DNA from: Octopus sinensis
Lineage: Eukaryota
NCBI RefSeq assembly: GCF_006345805.1
Contig: NC_043007.1
Span: 49,104,001-49,168,000 of the forward strand
Reading direction: 5' to 3'
Length of the DNA stretch: 64,000 nt
Below the pieces are notes generated by a model, which was not told where the DNA came from, searched no databases, and saw only the letters and a list, made by a program, of their open reading frames with translations. The translations under genes and the position numbers were made by a program. Below are positions 28,723 to 42,245 of this stretch, piece after piece; position 1 is the stretch's first letter; each line of letters begins with the position of its first letter.

Positions 28723-29305
28723 TTTGTGTTTTGTATCTGAAGGAAGTGTTAAAGAAAAAGATGGAAAGGAAGAAAAGGGAGAGAAACAAGAAAAGAATTT
28801 GTTGATCTCTTTGCAGCTGGTCGGGTTGTCAATAATAATCGACTATTTATTTCAATGTCACTTTACAAAAAATTGTCTGGATTTCCTTTTTATCATTGTC
28901 TTGTGAGATAGAGTGTATGTATGTGTGTGTGTGTGTGTGTTTGTATCTGAAAGAGGTGTTAAAGAAAAAGAAGGAAAGGAAGAAGGAGAGAAAATTTGTT
29001 GATATCTTTGCAGTCGGTCGGTTTGTCAATAATAATTCTTGGCTTACAGTGATTGTAAATCCAGCTTTTTACTTCAAGGGGGGCAAAATGTCACTTTTCA
29101 GTAAATTGCTTGTATTTCCTTTTTATCATTGTCTTGTGAAAGAGTGTGCGTGTGTATATGTGCGCGCGTGTGTGTGTATGTGTGTGTGTGCGTGTGTTTT
29201 TGTATCTGAAAGATGTGTTAAGGAGGAAAATGGAGAGAAAGCAGAAAAAACTTTGTTGATCTCTTTGTAGCTGGTCAAGTTGTCAATGACAATCAATCCT
29301 TGGCT
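28720..29305. repeat. Three degenerate ~220-250 bp tandem units separated by (TG)n
   Basis: Recurring ttgtatctgaa..gtgttaa..ttgttgat.tctttg.ag..gtcaat blocks. Confidence 0.7.
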
Positions 29306-29353
29306 TTATATATATATGTATATATATGCATACATATAAGCATATATATATGC

Positions 29354-29395
<42 letters not shown>

Positions 29396-29720
29396 TTTTT
29401 ACCTTTAAAGGCATTTTTTGATATGCTGGCCATTGATAAAATTTTATCCTATATTAATTATAAATATATATATATATATGTATGCATGTATATGCGTGTA
29501 TGTGTGGGGAGCTTTGTGTTTGCGTTTGTCCCCCTCACCGCTTGACAACCGGTGCTGGTGTGATTACGTTCATGCAACGGAGCGGGTTGGCAAAAATGAC
29601 CTATGGAATAAGTATCTTGCATCAAAAATAATAAGCACTGGGGATGATTCATTCGATTAAATATTCGTCAAGGCAGTACCACAGTATGACCACAATCTGA
29701 TGACTGAAACAAGTAAAATA

Positions 29721-31360
29721 TTGTTGTTGGCATCCTTTTTGTCTCGGGAGACAATGGAGTTGCGCATAAAATAATCTAGTCCGGCTTTTACATTTCATGT
29801 CCTAATACATCTCCTGCTGTGGCTGTGTAGTCCTTTCCTTGACAAACACTCCTTCTGTCAGGTGCCGCAAATGTAGCGAATACTTTGCCTGGCTGGTTGT
29901 AATGTCATAGTTTCTTGTTGACGTCTTTTCTTGTCTTTCCATTTCTCCTTTCTCTCTCTCTGTCACCCCTTTGTGTTCCCTCTTTTATGGTACGTCGCCA
30001 ATCTCCACGGTTGCTGGCAACTGCTTCCCAGTTGGTAATATTGATGTTGCAGGTCTTCATGTCCCCTTTGCAAACACCCTTGTATCGTAAGAACGGTCTT
30101 CCCACAGACCTAGTGCCCCTAGTAAGCTCTCCGTAGAGTATGTCCTTGGGGATTCTGCCATCTTCCATACGGCTAACATGGCCAAGCCATTTCATACGTC
30201 TTTGCATGAGGAGTGCAAACATGCTTGGTATTCCTGTTAGCTTGAGGACATCTTTGTTGGGGACATGATTCTGCCATTTGATGCGAAGGATTTTCCGGAG
30301 GCAGCGCAGGTGAAAGATATTTAGGCGACGCTCTTGGCGTGTGAATAGCGTCCAAGTTTCACTTCCATACAATAGAGTGCTAAGTACACATGCCTAGTAA
30401 ATCTTCATTTTTGTGGTCTTGGTCAGCTTATTATTGTCCCATGCCCGTTTGGAGAGTTGGGCCATCGCAGCAGCTGCCTTGCCAATGCGTATATTGAGCT
30501 CAGCATCAAGGGATAGGTTGTAGGTGACGGTAGAGCCAAGATAGGTAAGCTTCTCCACATCATGTAGTCTATGGTCTCCAATATGTATATTTGGGATGTC
30601 CGATGAAGCCCGACCCATTATGTTGGTCTTCTTGAGGCTGATAACTAAGCCAAAGTCGCTACATGCTTGCTCAAAACAGTTGATGGGCCTTTGTAGGGCT
30701 TATTCTGTGTGTGATACCAGAGCGGCATCATCAGCAAATAGCATCTCCTTGATCAGGACGTTGCTGATTTTGGTCTTGGCACGCAGACGCGTGAGATTGA
30801 ACAGTTTCCCATCACTTGTACTGTGCAGAAACATTCCATCATCTGATGTCTCAAAGGCATGTGACAGCAGCATCGAGAAGATGCCAAATAATGTAGGAGC
30901 AAGGACACAACCTTGCTTTACCCCGTTTTTTATTTGGAAGGCGGCTGATGTTGAACCATTGTGCTGTATGGTGCCTTGCATATCATCATGGAAAGATTTG
31001 ATGATCCTCAGCAGCTTTGGTAGACATCCGATTTTTTGGAGCAGGATGAAGGGGCCTTTTCTACTTACCAAGTCAAAGGCCTTTGTGAGATCAATGAAGG
31101 TCATATATAATGGCATTTTCTGCTCTCTGGACCTCTCCTGAAGTTGGCGTATGGAGAATATGGCAATAGTTGATCTGCTTCTTCTAAAACCACACTGCGA
31201 TTCTCGATAAACTCGAGAAGCAAGCAATTGTAGCCTGGACAGGATAACGCGAGCAAAGGTCTTTCCAACTGTGCTTAGAAGAGATATTCCACGGTAATTG
31301 TTACAATCACCACGGTCACCTTTGTTTTTGTAAAGCGTAATGATGTTAGCATCCCGCATA
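29721..31360 (-). mobile_element. RTE-clade (BovB-like) LINE, 5'-truncated, degraded
   Basis: LYKNKGDRGDCNNYRGISLLS, FIDLTKAFDLVSR, GVKQGCVLAPTLF, LFADDAAL, YGSETW, WLGHVSRMEDGRIPK; (CAA)n 3' tail. Confidence 0.9.
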
Positions 31361-31473
31361 GTAAAATATATGCAAGTAAAATATAAGATAGATTTCATAT
31401 GAAATTTCAATACACTACAATATAATCATTTACTTAATCTGTTTATTTTTTCAGGTCACATCTTCAGAAAATA

Positions 31474-32991
31474 ATGATGAAGAATTTGTTCATCAGTATA
31501 CCGGCGCTATACACTGTTTTGTTTTTACCGATAGTTAATAGTAAAAATATTCTATACTTATCATGGCCTTTTTATAGTCACGTACATCCAATGATTTCTA
31601 TAGCAAACGAATTATCAAAGTATGGACACAATAACTATTTTATATTAAATACAAAACTCACTAAAACTTTCCAAAATGAACAAAACATAAATATCCTTCC
31701 AATGGACGAGATCACAGAATTCAGTAAAACCTTTTCTGAAGCGCAGCAGAAAATAGTATCAAAACGAATATATGTGATAAGAAGGGTTTTGACTTTAATT
31801 CCTCTGATATGTGATAGAATTCTGAAGGATGAGAAATGGATCGAATCACTGCGAGCGGTTAATGCCAGTTTAGCTGTTATTAATGGACTATTTCCGACAA
31901 ATTGTCTTACAATAATTGCCCGTCAATTGTCAATTCCATTTGTTCTCACAGGATCTGAGATATTTCCTAGTCTTCATCGCAGTCCATGGCTTCCCAGTGT
32001 TTTTCCAAATAGTTTCATCGGATCCTCGAGCAAGATGACATATTCGGAAAAGATAATCAATACTTTGGTTGCTATTGTAGACTACACTATTCCTCCTATT
32101 GGAGCGCCTATGCACAGCGTTAAAACATATGCGAAAGACAAACCTGATATTTCATTCATAGATTTGCTACATCAGGCACAATTTTATCTTATTGAAAAAG
32201 ATGTACTTCTAGATTATCCACTACCACAACTTCCAAATGTAAGATACGTTGGTGGTCTGGCTACAAAACGCTCATTGCCTTTGAAGGGAGAATTAGTGAA
32301 ATTCGTAAATGCGTCTAAGAATGGAATAGTTGTGGTGTCATTTGGCAGTAATATCAATGATTTCCCTGCTGTTCAATTAGAGAAACTACAAAGTGCATTG
32401 AAACAAATAAAATATGATGTTGTGTGGAGACAGAAGAAAACATCATTTTATCATAAGAATATTTATATCAGTGATTGGGTACCACAAAATGATCTGCTTG
32501 GCCATCCTAAAACAAAATTATTTGTTACTCATTGTGGAAATAGCGGTCAGTTTGAAGCTTTGTTCCATGGTGTACCAATGCTGGGAATACCTTTATTTGG
32601 AGACCAACATTATAACTCTCGCAGAATGACCGAGAAAGGTTACGGATTGTCTCTAGATATAGAGAACTTTACTCCGGAGGAATTAATAGAGAAAATAAAT
32701 GAACTAATTGAAAATAAAACATATTCTGAGAAAATTAAAAGAGCTAGTGAAATATTTCATTCTCGGCCCGAATATCCAGCGAAGAAATCAGCCCGCCATA
32801 TTGATCACATCATGAAATATGGTGGAGAATATCTAAAATCTCCATGTCAAGAGAGTCGATTGTATGAATTTTTAATGATCGATGTATTGGCTCCTATATT
32901 TGCAGTAATATCACTTTTGATATATTTGACCTGTCTAATTGGGAAAACATGTTTAACTATTTTTTGTAAGAAGAAAACGAAGGTTGACTAA
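31474..32991 (+). CDS. UDP-glycosyltransferase (UGT, GT1 family), single coding exon, type A
   Basis: Signal peptide, catalytic His (YSHV), UGT signature [26 protein letters not shown]-terminal TM helix, KKTKVD ER-retention motif; polypyrimidine tract and AG acceptor at 31454. Confidence 0.95.
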   Translation: MMKNLFISIPALYTVLFLPIVNSKNILYLSWPFYSHVHPMISIANELSKYGHNNYFILNTKLTKTFQNEQNINILPMDEITEFSKTFSEAQQKIVSKRIYVIRRVLTLIPLICDRILKDEKWIESLRAVNASLAVINGLFPTNCLTIIARQLSIPFVLTGSEIFPSLHRSPWLPSVFPNSFIGSSSKMTYSEKIINTLVAIVDYTIPPIGAPMHSVKTYAKDKPDISFIDLLHQAQFYLIEKDVLLDYPLPQLPNVRYVGGLATKRSLPLKGELVKFVNASKNGIVVVSFGSNINDFPAVQLEKLQSALKQIKYDVVWRQKKTSFYHKNIYISDWVPQNDLLGHPKTKLFVTHCGNSGQFEALFHGVPMLGIPLFGDQHYNSRRMTEKGYGLSLDIENFTPEELIEKINELIENKTYSEKIKRASEIFHSRPEYPAKKSARHIDHIMKYGGEYLKSPCQESRLYEFLMIDVLAPIFAVISLLIYLTCLIGKTCLTIFCKKKTKVD

Positions 32992-34039
32992 ATTATGTTT
33001 TGGTAAGCTTAAATATGTAAATCATATATTTTTTATTTTGCTTTATGTAAATCAAGTTCTAACTGCAATAACCCAGAAAGTACAATTTTTTTTTTGACTA
33101 GAAATTTTAATTTGCATCGTAATTTATCTTCAGCTTTTTTAATCCAACACCCGCTGATTGTTTTTATATGTAATTTTCCCAGATAAAGTGACATTGTATA
33201 TCCACTGTCCAACGGACTCCTATCCTAATGATATGGAGAAAAATATTGCAGCCTAATGCAGCCGTTTATCTTATGTAATGAACATACATAAGAGTGACAG
33301 AGAGGCGACAACGGAGTGTCTGTTTTGAAAAAGTGTGAAGAAAGAAATGTTTCATATCGTAAGGCAAAACGTCATGTGTTTAGTATAAACAGTAAAAGCT
33401 AAGACGAAATAATTTTCTATTCCGTCGTGTAATGACTTCTCCTTCGACTCACACTCAGTTTGATAACAACATCCAGCGCATCGGGGTTTAACTGGGGGCT
33501 TGGCCTCCAGATCTGTTAGCACCGCTGTTAGTACCGGATTAACACCCATAGTGACCCTAATGATTAAAAAAATTTTCCTGTCTCTATATAGGATCATGTT
33601 TCCTTTTCGTTCAACCACTTGAATGTGTATCTAACTAGCTAGCCACTCAGCTAACCAAAATGAGTTGTAGCTGTAATTGAAAGGGGCCAGCATTGTCACA
33701 TTCTGTGTGAGGCTGAATATCCTTGACAACTATGTTAATGATATGCATGTCTGTGGAGTACTCAGCCACTTGCGAATTAATTTTATCCTCGTGTGGTAAC
33801 GAAAAGTGAAAGTGACATCCAATATTTGCTGTGTCTACGTATCAACTTTTCATTCTATTTACGTATCTACTGTCTTTCTCACGTTCTCTCTTTTTCTTTC
33901 ACTTCATCTGTGTCCCTCCTCTCCCATGCTTTAAATTTAACAATGTGTTTATGTATGAATGTATTAACTTTTCTTTCGATCTATATATCTACTTTTCTTG
34001 CAATGTGACAAACATTTAAGAACACAAAACGAAAGCCGT

Positions 34040-34520
34040 CACCTCTCACTCTCAGTTTTCTCTCTAACTCTCTCATTCTTTCTTAATCTCTCTCTCTTTC
34101 TCTCTCACTATCTCTCCTCTCTCACTCTCCTGCCTTCTCTCTCACACTCTCTCCTTCTCTCTCACTCTCCTTCCTTCTCTCTCACTCTGCCTCCTTCTCT
34201 CTCACTCTCTCACTATCTCTCCTCTCTCACTCTCCCCCCTTATCTCTCACTATCTCTTTTTCTCTCTTATTTCTCTGAAACATTTGAAAACTTAAAATGA
34301 ACTCCGTCACCACACATTGTCTCTTTCACTCTCTTTCTCACCCCTCTCTCTTTCTCACTTCCTCTCTGAAACATTTAAAAATACAAAACTAACGCCGTCA
34401 GCATTCACTGTCTCTTTCACTCACTCACTCTCTCTTTCTCTCTCGCTCTCTTTCTCTCTCTCACTCTCTCTTTCTCACTCTTTCTTTATTACTTCCTCTC
34501 TGTCTTCCTCTTTCTTGCTT
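34040..34520. repeat. CT-rich low-complexity tract
   Basis: (CT)n/(CTCA)n-like composition. Confidence 0.8.
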
Positions 34521-34933
34521 TGCCACTCACTTCTTCCTTTGAAGAGTGACACACACCACAGGTACGGACAGAAACAAATAAAACTAAGCGCATTAATATT
34601 ATTGACAAGATGGGGTGGAGGTGATTGGGTGGAGCGGAGAAGAGATAAAATAGTGGTGATGGTGTGCCTGTGTCTACTGTCAAAGTAAAAGGTGATAAGA
34701 AGTGAATGGAAGCAGCAGAACGGTAGAGCTAGCAAAAGTGTATGTGAGAATGAGTAATGGGAAGGAAGGGAGTGAATATAATGAAAGAAGAAATGTAGGG
34801 GTGGAAGAAATTGGGTAGGGTGGTGGATGACGTAGTAAATGGTAGATAAGGGGTGAGGTTGACCAATTATGCATGGCGGTGGGGAGGGGAAGAGTAGTAG
34901 AACGGTAATGTTGGTTCGGTATAAAAGGCAAGA

Positions 34934-34969
<36 letters not shown>

Positions 34970-35074
34970 AAGAAAGACGGTGACAGAAAGTGATGATTTT
35001 ATAGGTTGTATGAGTGTAGGGAAAGGGTAAAGAGAGGCAACAGGAGGGCATGGGGTGAGTAAGAAAGAAAACTT

Positions 35075-35345
35075 AGAAATTGTTAGGCGAAGCATTAGTA
35101 AGCTGGATAGCAACGTATGGGGTTTGATATCTAATGCAACACCACATGTGATTAAGTGGAAGGTAATTGAAAAATCCACACCTTATTTTAATGGATCAAA
35201 TAAATGTAATCTATGTATAGCTGAAAGAACTTAGCTCCTTTTCAGATCCAAGATCCCTAACTCATTACTGAACTCTAGGTCAGAAATTTTCAGGTGTTGT
35301 AAACATATGTCTAAGTACATTTTGAACAACTGGAAAATTCCACCT
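35075..35345 (+). mobile_element. Penelope-like GIY-YIG C-terminal fragment, partly duplicated at 41245-41390
   Basis: IKWKVIEKSTPYFNGSNKCNLCIAE..LLNSRSEIFRCCKH. Confidence 0.65.
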
Positions 35346-35399
35346 ACATCTGATCAACTTGTTGATATCTTTCCAGCCTTATAAAACAGATTTAATTAT

Positions 35400-36090
35400 A
35401 GTGTCTCAGCTACAGTATCATGTCTCATCGGTAGATAATACCATGATGACATTTTCGGACAATTGCTTATGATGTCGGTGATATCTTTGGTGTTAACTCC
35501 ACAAAGTCTGCATCGGTTGTCACATTTTACTGATTTTCTTGCACCTCTATCGCTTTTGTGCATCGGGTACTTGGTTGATATTCCTGTTCCTGGATTGCAA
35601 ACGCATACGCTTCAAAGTGGGAAAGTAGTAATCCTGCTATTGGTCCATGATAGACTGCTTTGATGATTAATGTTACTATCATCTTGGAGCTTACTACTAA
35701 CATAGCAATGCACAGTCTTCTGCTCATAGAGGCTTATCCTTTTATCTGATGATACGTTGCGCTAGAGTCGTGTGACGTCTTTGGTCATGTATTCTAGGTT
35801 ACCGAAGAACGTTGTTCAATGAGCTTATGATGTTATCAGCCTGATGTATGCAAACTTGACCAAGGGATGCACTTCGACAATTGGTGGTTAAAAGTTGTTG
35901 CCGAAGAGATATGATACGTCAGTCAAAGTTATTTTGGATCGATATTAAGCCTCTGGCGCCTTGCTTTCGTTTTAGGTAGAGGCGGTCTACGTCACTGTTT
36001 ATGTGGAAATTATTTGTGTTTGTCAGTATTTTTCGGGTTTTGACATCAATGGCTCGGATCTCATCAAGTGTCCAATCAAGCAGCCCAAAT
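35400..36090 (-). mobile_element. R4/Dong-like (RLE-type) non-LTR retrotransposon fragment
   Basis: NFHINSDVDRLYLKRKQGARGL, FAIQEQ, CRLCGVNTKDITDIISNCP..RHD (zinc knuckle and RHD motif). Confidence 0.7.
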
Positions 36091-36262
36091 ATAATACGAA
36101 ATACAAAATGGCGAAAATTGGTATAATGAAATCGAAGAACAGAGTGAATCAAAGTAAAAAAGAAAAAAAAAAAGAAAGCAGAAAAAATAACTAAAGAGGG
36201 AGAGAAATGTTATTTTGATATAAGATAATAGATGTTAAAAATTGTATTATGTATGCATGTGT

Positions 36263-36342
<80 letters not shown>

Positions 36343-36483
36343 GTATGTGGACAAACACTCAAACACACACACACGTATACAGACATATACATATGTATAT
36401 ATGTAATATATATTATGTCCCTTCGGCTGGAAATATTTCTCTCTCAATGAATAAACTTAACATGGCTTATGTACGTGTGATTA

Positions 36484-36560
<77 letters not shown>

Positions 36561-36786
36561 GAAATATTAAAATAACTAAGTCTCTCTAAAAGAGAACAGC
36601 GGCAGCGTTCCCGGAAAATAATAGTTATCGCCATACTAATATGGCATTCTTATAAAAATAAGAAAAAAGCTGTCCGCTTATTAGCTCCATGAGGCCATCG
36701 CCTTAAGTTAGCTATTTGATACACAAACTGTATCCATATAACCTTCGAACAAGGGAGGTCAGTCGCTCCACACTACTTGACCGGCA

Positions 36787-36828
36787 GCTACAGACGCGTT
36801 TCGGAGTATTGCCCCTTTTCAATGCAGC
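36787..36828 (-). ncRNA. Minimal type I hammerhead ribozyme with compensatory U3-A8 core pair
   Basis: GCUGCA-UUGAAAA-GGGG CAAUA CUCC-GAAA-CGCG-UC-UGUAGC. Confidence 0.7.
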
Positions 36829-37430
36829 GTAGCCAGCCAGTAGGTGTCGCTTCCGACAATCTCTGTTCGATGGTTTTATTTACCTAGTTTCGATGGAATA
36901 CATCCACTTGTTTTCAATAGTAGAAATATTAAAATAACTAAGTCTCTCTAAAAGAGAACAGCGGCAGCGTTCCCGGAAAATAATAGTTATCGCCATACTA
37001 ATATGACATTCTTATAAAAATAAGAAAAAAAGCTGTCCGCTTATTAGCTCCATGAGGCCATCGCCTTAAGTTAGCTATTTGATACACAAACTGTATCAGC
37101 GCGCCAAACTTTCACGGAAAACAAATACCACATTTAGAAATAAATGTAGCATAATTATAATTAATTAATAAGGGTGAGAGATTTAAATACTAATTTAATA
37201 GTATATCTATTCAACACCAAGTGGCCCAGTGCTCCGAGAAACCTGGATTATTATAATATTTTATAATATTTTTACAAAATAAATATAAGAGAGTGGTCAC
37301 TATATGGCTCACTCTAGCACTAGTTAATCCAAAAGGTTTCAACCACAAAAATATATGTTTCCCATGAAATTCGGTACGATTGTTAGCTCACACGAACAGG
37401 GCAAATAAAAAATAACAAAAATACAGATTA

Positions 37431-37512
37431 TTTTGGGACAATTGTTTCGCTATTAATGAATTAAATGTAATTTTACTTACAAAAAAATCCACTTGTAGCT
37501 CCTCAGCCAAAA
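37431..37512 (-). ncRNA. Type I hammerhead ribozyme, left arm of inverted repeat
   Basis: Reverse complement of 38042-38123 apart from one loop base. Confidence 0.8.
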
Positions 37513-38041
37513 CTATCTGGATGAAATCCACTCAATCACACGCCAGATTTTACCATAACGATAAATACACGTGTGGTTCAATTGATTACATCCGACGTTA
37601 TAATTCAAATGCCCCTACTAACAGCGCGCCAAACTTTCACGGAAAACAAATACCACATTTAGAAATAAATGTAGCATAATTATAATTAATTAATAAGGGT
37701 GAGAGAATTAGATACTAATTTAATAGTATATCTATTCAACACCAAGTGGCCCAGTGCTCCGAGAAACCTGGATTATTATAATATTTTATAATATATTATA
37801 ATATTTTTACTATTTTTACTAGATATACTATTAAATTAGTATCTAATTCTCTCACCCTTATTAATTAATTATAATTATGCTACATTTATTTCTAAATGTG
37901 GTATTTGTTTTCCGTGAAAGTTTGGCGCGCTGTTAGTAGGGGCATTTGAATTATAACGTCGGATGTAATCAATTGAACCACACGTGTATTTATCGTTATG
38001 GTAAAATCTGGCGTGTGATTGAGTGGATTTCATCCAGATAG

Positions 38042-38123
38042 TTTTGGCTGAGGAGCTACAAGTGGATTTTTTTGTAAGTAAAATTACATTTAATTCATTA
38101 TTAGCGAAACAATTGTCCCAAAA
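38042..38123 (+). ncRNA. Type I hammerhead ribozyme, canonical core
   Basis: UUUUGG-CUGAGGA-GCUA..(43 nt)..UAGC-GAAA-CAAUUG-UC-CCAAAA; GUC cleavage after 38117. Confidence 0.85.
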
Positions 38124-38271
38124 TAATCTGTATTTTTGTTATTTTTTATTTGCCCTGTTCGTGTGAGCTAACAATCGTACCGAATTTCATGGGAAACATA
38201 TATTTTTGTGGTTGAAACCTTTTGGATTAACTAGTGCTAGAGTGAGCCATATAGTGACCACTCTCTTTATT

Positions 38272-38324
<53 letters not shown>

Positions 38325-38330
38325 CAGATA

Positions 38331-38412
<82 letters not shown>

Positions 38413-38418
38413 CAGATA

Positions 38419-38471
<53 letters not shown>

Positions 38472-38529
38472 TTACATATGAATTTATACCAACGTATATA
38501 TTTGAGTGTATATGTATGTATGCATGTAG

Positions 38530-38816
<287 letters not shown>

Positions 38817-39092
38817 ATGTACACATTTACGTATATGAATGTATATATGCACACGCATGGAGCTATGTATGATGTTTGTATATGTTAAGATATGCATGAA
38901 TCACTTCTAATGAAGCTCTAAATAGTCTGGTTAGAGTGTCGAAGTTACGAAACAGATTTGCTAACATATTTTTGTTATTGTAGTGACTGTTGATGCCAGA
39001 AAGTCATTAGATACAAATAGCTTTCCTTTCATCGCAAATATCATTCGAAAATATAAATTTTTTCTTTTTTTTAGATCAACACTTCTTGAAAA

Positions 39093-40610
39093 ATGAGACA
39101 GAAGAGTCTGTTATTCAGTTTAATAGTGCTATGCATGATTGTATGTTTAAAGAGAGTCAACAGTAAAAATATTTTATACATAGCATGGCCTGTTTACAGT
39201 CACGTAAATCCAATGATTTCTATTGCGAACGAATTGTCAAAGTATGGTCATAATAACTATTTTATACTAAACAAAAAACTCACTAAAACTTTCCAAAACG
39301 AACAGAACATAAATATACTTCCAATGGATGAGATCCCAGAAATTGAAGAAATTCGCACTGGTTCAGAGAAACAAGAAACAAGAAGATTATACGTGATGAA
39401 AAAGGTCCTAACTTTATTCCCTGTAGTGTGCGAAAGATTTTTAACGAATGAAAAATGGATAGAATCATTGCGAGCCGTCAATGCCAGTTTAGCTGTGATC
39501 AATGGAATATTCATGACAAATTGTCTTACAACAATTGCCTATGAATTATCAATTCCGTTTGTTCTCACGGCATCTGAGATATTTCCTAGTCTTCATCGTA
39601 TTCCATGGAACCCCAGTGTTTTTCCAAGCAGCTTCTTCTCATCCTCCGATAAGATGACATATTCGGAAAAGTTAATAAGTACTTTGGCTGCTATTGTAGA
39701 CTACAGTATTCCTCCTATTGGAGCGCCTATACACAGTGTCAAAACATACGCTAAAGACAAACCTGATATTTCATTCATAGATTTACTACATCAGGCACAG
39801 TTTTTTCTTATTGAAAAAGATGTACTTCTAGATTATCCTCTATCACAACTTCCAAATGTAAGATACGTTGGTGGTCTGGCTACAAAACGCTCATTGCCTT
39901 TGAAGGGAGAATTAGTGAAATTCGTAAATGCGTCTAAGAATGGAATAGTCGTGGTGTCATTTGGCAGTAATATCAATGATTTCCCTGCTGTTCAATTAAA
40001 GAAACTACAAAGTGCATTGAAACAAATAAAATATGATGTTGTATGGAGACAGAAGAAAACATCATTTTCTCATAAGAATATTTATATCAGTGATTGGGTA
40101 CCACAAAATGATCTGCTTGGCCATCCTAAAACAAAATTATTTGTTACTCATTGTGGAAATAGCGGTCAGTTTGAAGCTTTGTTCCATGGTGTACCAATGC
40201 TGGGAATGCCTTTATGTGCAGACCAATTTTATAACTCTCGCAGAATGACCGAGAAAGGATACGGATTGTCTCTAGATATAGAGAACTTTACTCCGGAGGA
40301 ATTAATAGAGAAAATGAATGAACTAATTGAAAACAAAACATATTCTGAGAAAATTAAAAGAGCTAGTGAAATATTTCATTCTCGGCCCGAATATCCAGCG
40401 AAGAAATCAGCCCGCCATATTGATCACATCTTGAAATATGGTGGAGAATATCTAAAATCTCCATGTCAAGAGAGTCGATTGTATGAATTTTTAATGATCG
40501 ATGTATTAGTTCCTATATTTGCTGCAACAATATTTTTGATATATTTAATATATCGAAGTGTGAAAAAATGTTTATCGTTTTGTTGCAAGAAAAAAACGAA
40601 GATTGACTAA
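39093..40610 (+). CDS. UDP-glycosyltransferase, single coding exon, type B copy 1
   Basis: 505-aa intact ORF with UGT signature, TM helix and KKTKID; AG acceptor at 39074. Confidence 0.95.
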   Translation: MRQKSLLFSLIVLCMIVCLKRVNSKNILYIAWPVYSHVNPMISIANELSKYGHNNYFILNKKLTKTFQNEQNINILPMDEIPEIEEIRTGSEKQETRRLYVMKKVLTLFPVVCERFLTNEKWIESLRAVNASLAVINGIFMTNCLTTIAYELSIPFVLTASEIFPSLHRIPWNPSVFPSSFFSSSDKMTYSEKLISTLAAIVDYSIPPIGAPIHSVKTYAKDKPDISFIDLLHQAQFFLIEKDVLLDYPLSQLPNVRYVGGLATKRSLPLKGELVKFVNASKNGIVVVSFGSNINDFPAVQLKKLQSALKQIKYDVVWRQKKTSFSHKNIYISDWVPQNDLLGHPKTKLFVTHCGNSGQFEALFHGVPMLGMPLCADQFYNSRRMTEKGYGLSLDIENFTPEELIEKMNELIENKTYSEKIKRASEIFHSRPEYPAKKSARHIDHILKYGGEYLKSPCQESRLYEFLMIDVLVPIFAATIFLIYLIYRSVKKCLSFCCKKKTKID

Positions 40611-41439
40611 AATCATTTCTTTGATAAGTTGAAAGAATGTAAATCATGGCAGGTTTTTGATCTATTGAATTGAGGGTTAGAAACATTTAATTTTAAAAAA
40701 TTAATTGAAATTTGGAAATTTTCTGTAAATGTCATATTTATGTGGTGTAGTTTTTAAAGATTTACCTCATATAGTATGTTGATTTTTCTTTTTGTTTCAA
40801 ACATTTTGTAGAAGCTCCGTATTAAACATAAACGTCTTCACTGAAAACAATACGTGAATTCTGAAGTACAGTGCTATTATTTTTCTTATAATCAAAACAA
40901 GATGTTTAATCTGTTCGGTTCATAAATTTTTTTAATAAATCGCTTATTCATTTTGTAATAAATATATACATTTTAAGCACTTGCCAGCTGTCATATTTTA
41001 TTGTACAATATTACCGTCTCTTCCCACTCTGTTTTCCTTGATGAAAATGTCAAGATTTTCTTCAACTTATGTCATTTTCGTATAGAGAAGAGTCTGCTTA
41101 TATCAATTAGTAATTAAATGGTTAAATGCTTTGTTGCAGTTTAAATTTTGATAGGTTTGAAACTTTTTGAACAAAACTCTTTGTAGTTTTCGTTGGTGTG
41201 TTGAAAGTTAATCCACAGACATGCATCACTTTACTAGTGTGTCAAATAAATGTAAGCTATGTATAGCTGAAAGAACTCAGCTCCTTTTCAGATCCAAGAT
41301 CCCTAACTCATTACTGAACTCTAGGCCAGAAATTTTCAGGGGTTGTAAAAAAATGTCTAAGTACATTTTGAACAACTGAAAATTCCTCCTACATCTGATA
41401 CAATTATTGATATCTTTCCAGCCTTATAAAACAGATTTA

Positions 41440-42245
41440 ATTATAGTGTCCCAGCTACAGCATCATGTTTCATCGCTAGATAATACCGTGATGACATTTT
41501 CGGACAATTGCTTATGATGTCGGTGATATCTTTGGTGTTAACTCCACAAAGTCTGCATTTGTTATCACATTTTACTAATTTTCTTGCACCTCTATCGCTT
41601 TTGTGCATCGGGTACTTGGTTGATATTTTCTGCTCCTGGATTGCAAACGCATACCCTCCAGAGTGGGAAAGTAGTAATCCTGCTATTGGTCCATGATAGA
41701 CTGCTTTGATGATTAATGTTACTATCATCTTGGAGCTTACTACTAACATAACAATGCACAGTCTTCTGCTCATAGAGGCTCATCCTTTTATCTGATGACA
41801 CGTTGCGGTAGAGTCGTGCAACTTCTTTGGTCATGTGTTCTAGGTTATCAAAGAGTGTTTTTCAATGAGCTACCTTCCAACACTTATGATGTTATCAGCC
41901 TGATGTTTTCAAACATGATCAAGGGATGCATTTCGACACTTGGTGGTTAAAAGATGTTGCCGAAGAGATATGATACGACAGTCAAAGTTATTTTGGATCG
42001 ATGTTAAGCCTCTGCCGCCTTATTTTCGTTTTAGGTAGAGGCGGTCTACGTCACTGTTTATGTGGAAATTATTTGTGTTTGTCAGTATTTTCGGGTTTTG
42101 ACATCAATGGCTCGGATCTCATCAAGTGTCCAATCAAGCAGCCCAAATATTGGTATGAGTACTGGCACTAGAAACAAATTGTGGGTCACAGTTTTATTGA
42201 AAGCAGAGAGTTCTGAGGTCCAAATCTTCTTTATTCGGCTGTTTC
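41440..42245 (-). mobile_element. R4/Dong-like fragment, duplicate of 35400-36090
   Basis: Same CRLCGVNTKD..KHD and DVDRLYLKRK motifs. Confidence 0.7.

Larger units (their letters stand above)
36555..38277. mobile_element. Composite ribozyme-bearing insertion in (TA)n, with direct repeats and a ~455-bp-arm inverted repeat
   Basis: Direct repeats 36558-36734/36920-37096 and 37097-37275/37622-37810; inverted arms ~37277-37733 and ~37820-38277; (TA)n on both sides. Confidence 0.75.

Noticed and set aside
32414-32629. 71-aa ORF recurring in each UGT copy
   Set aside because: Alternate-frame shadow of the conserved UGT sequence
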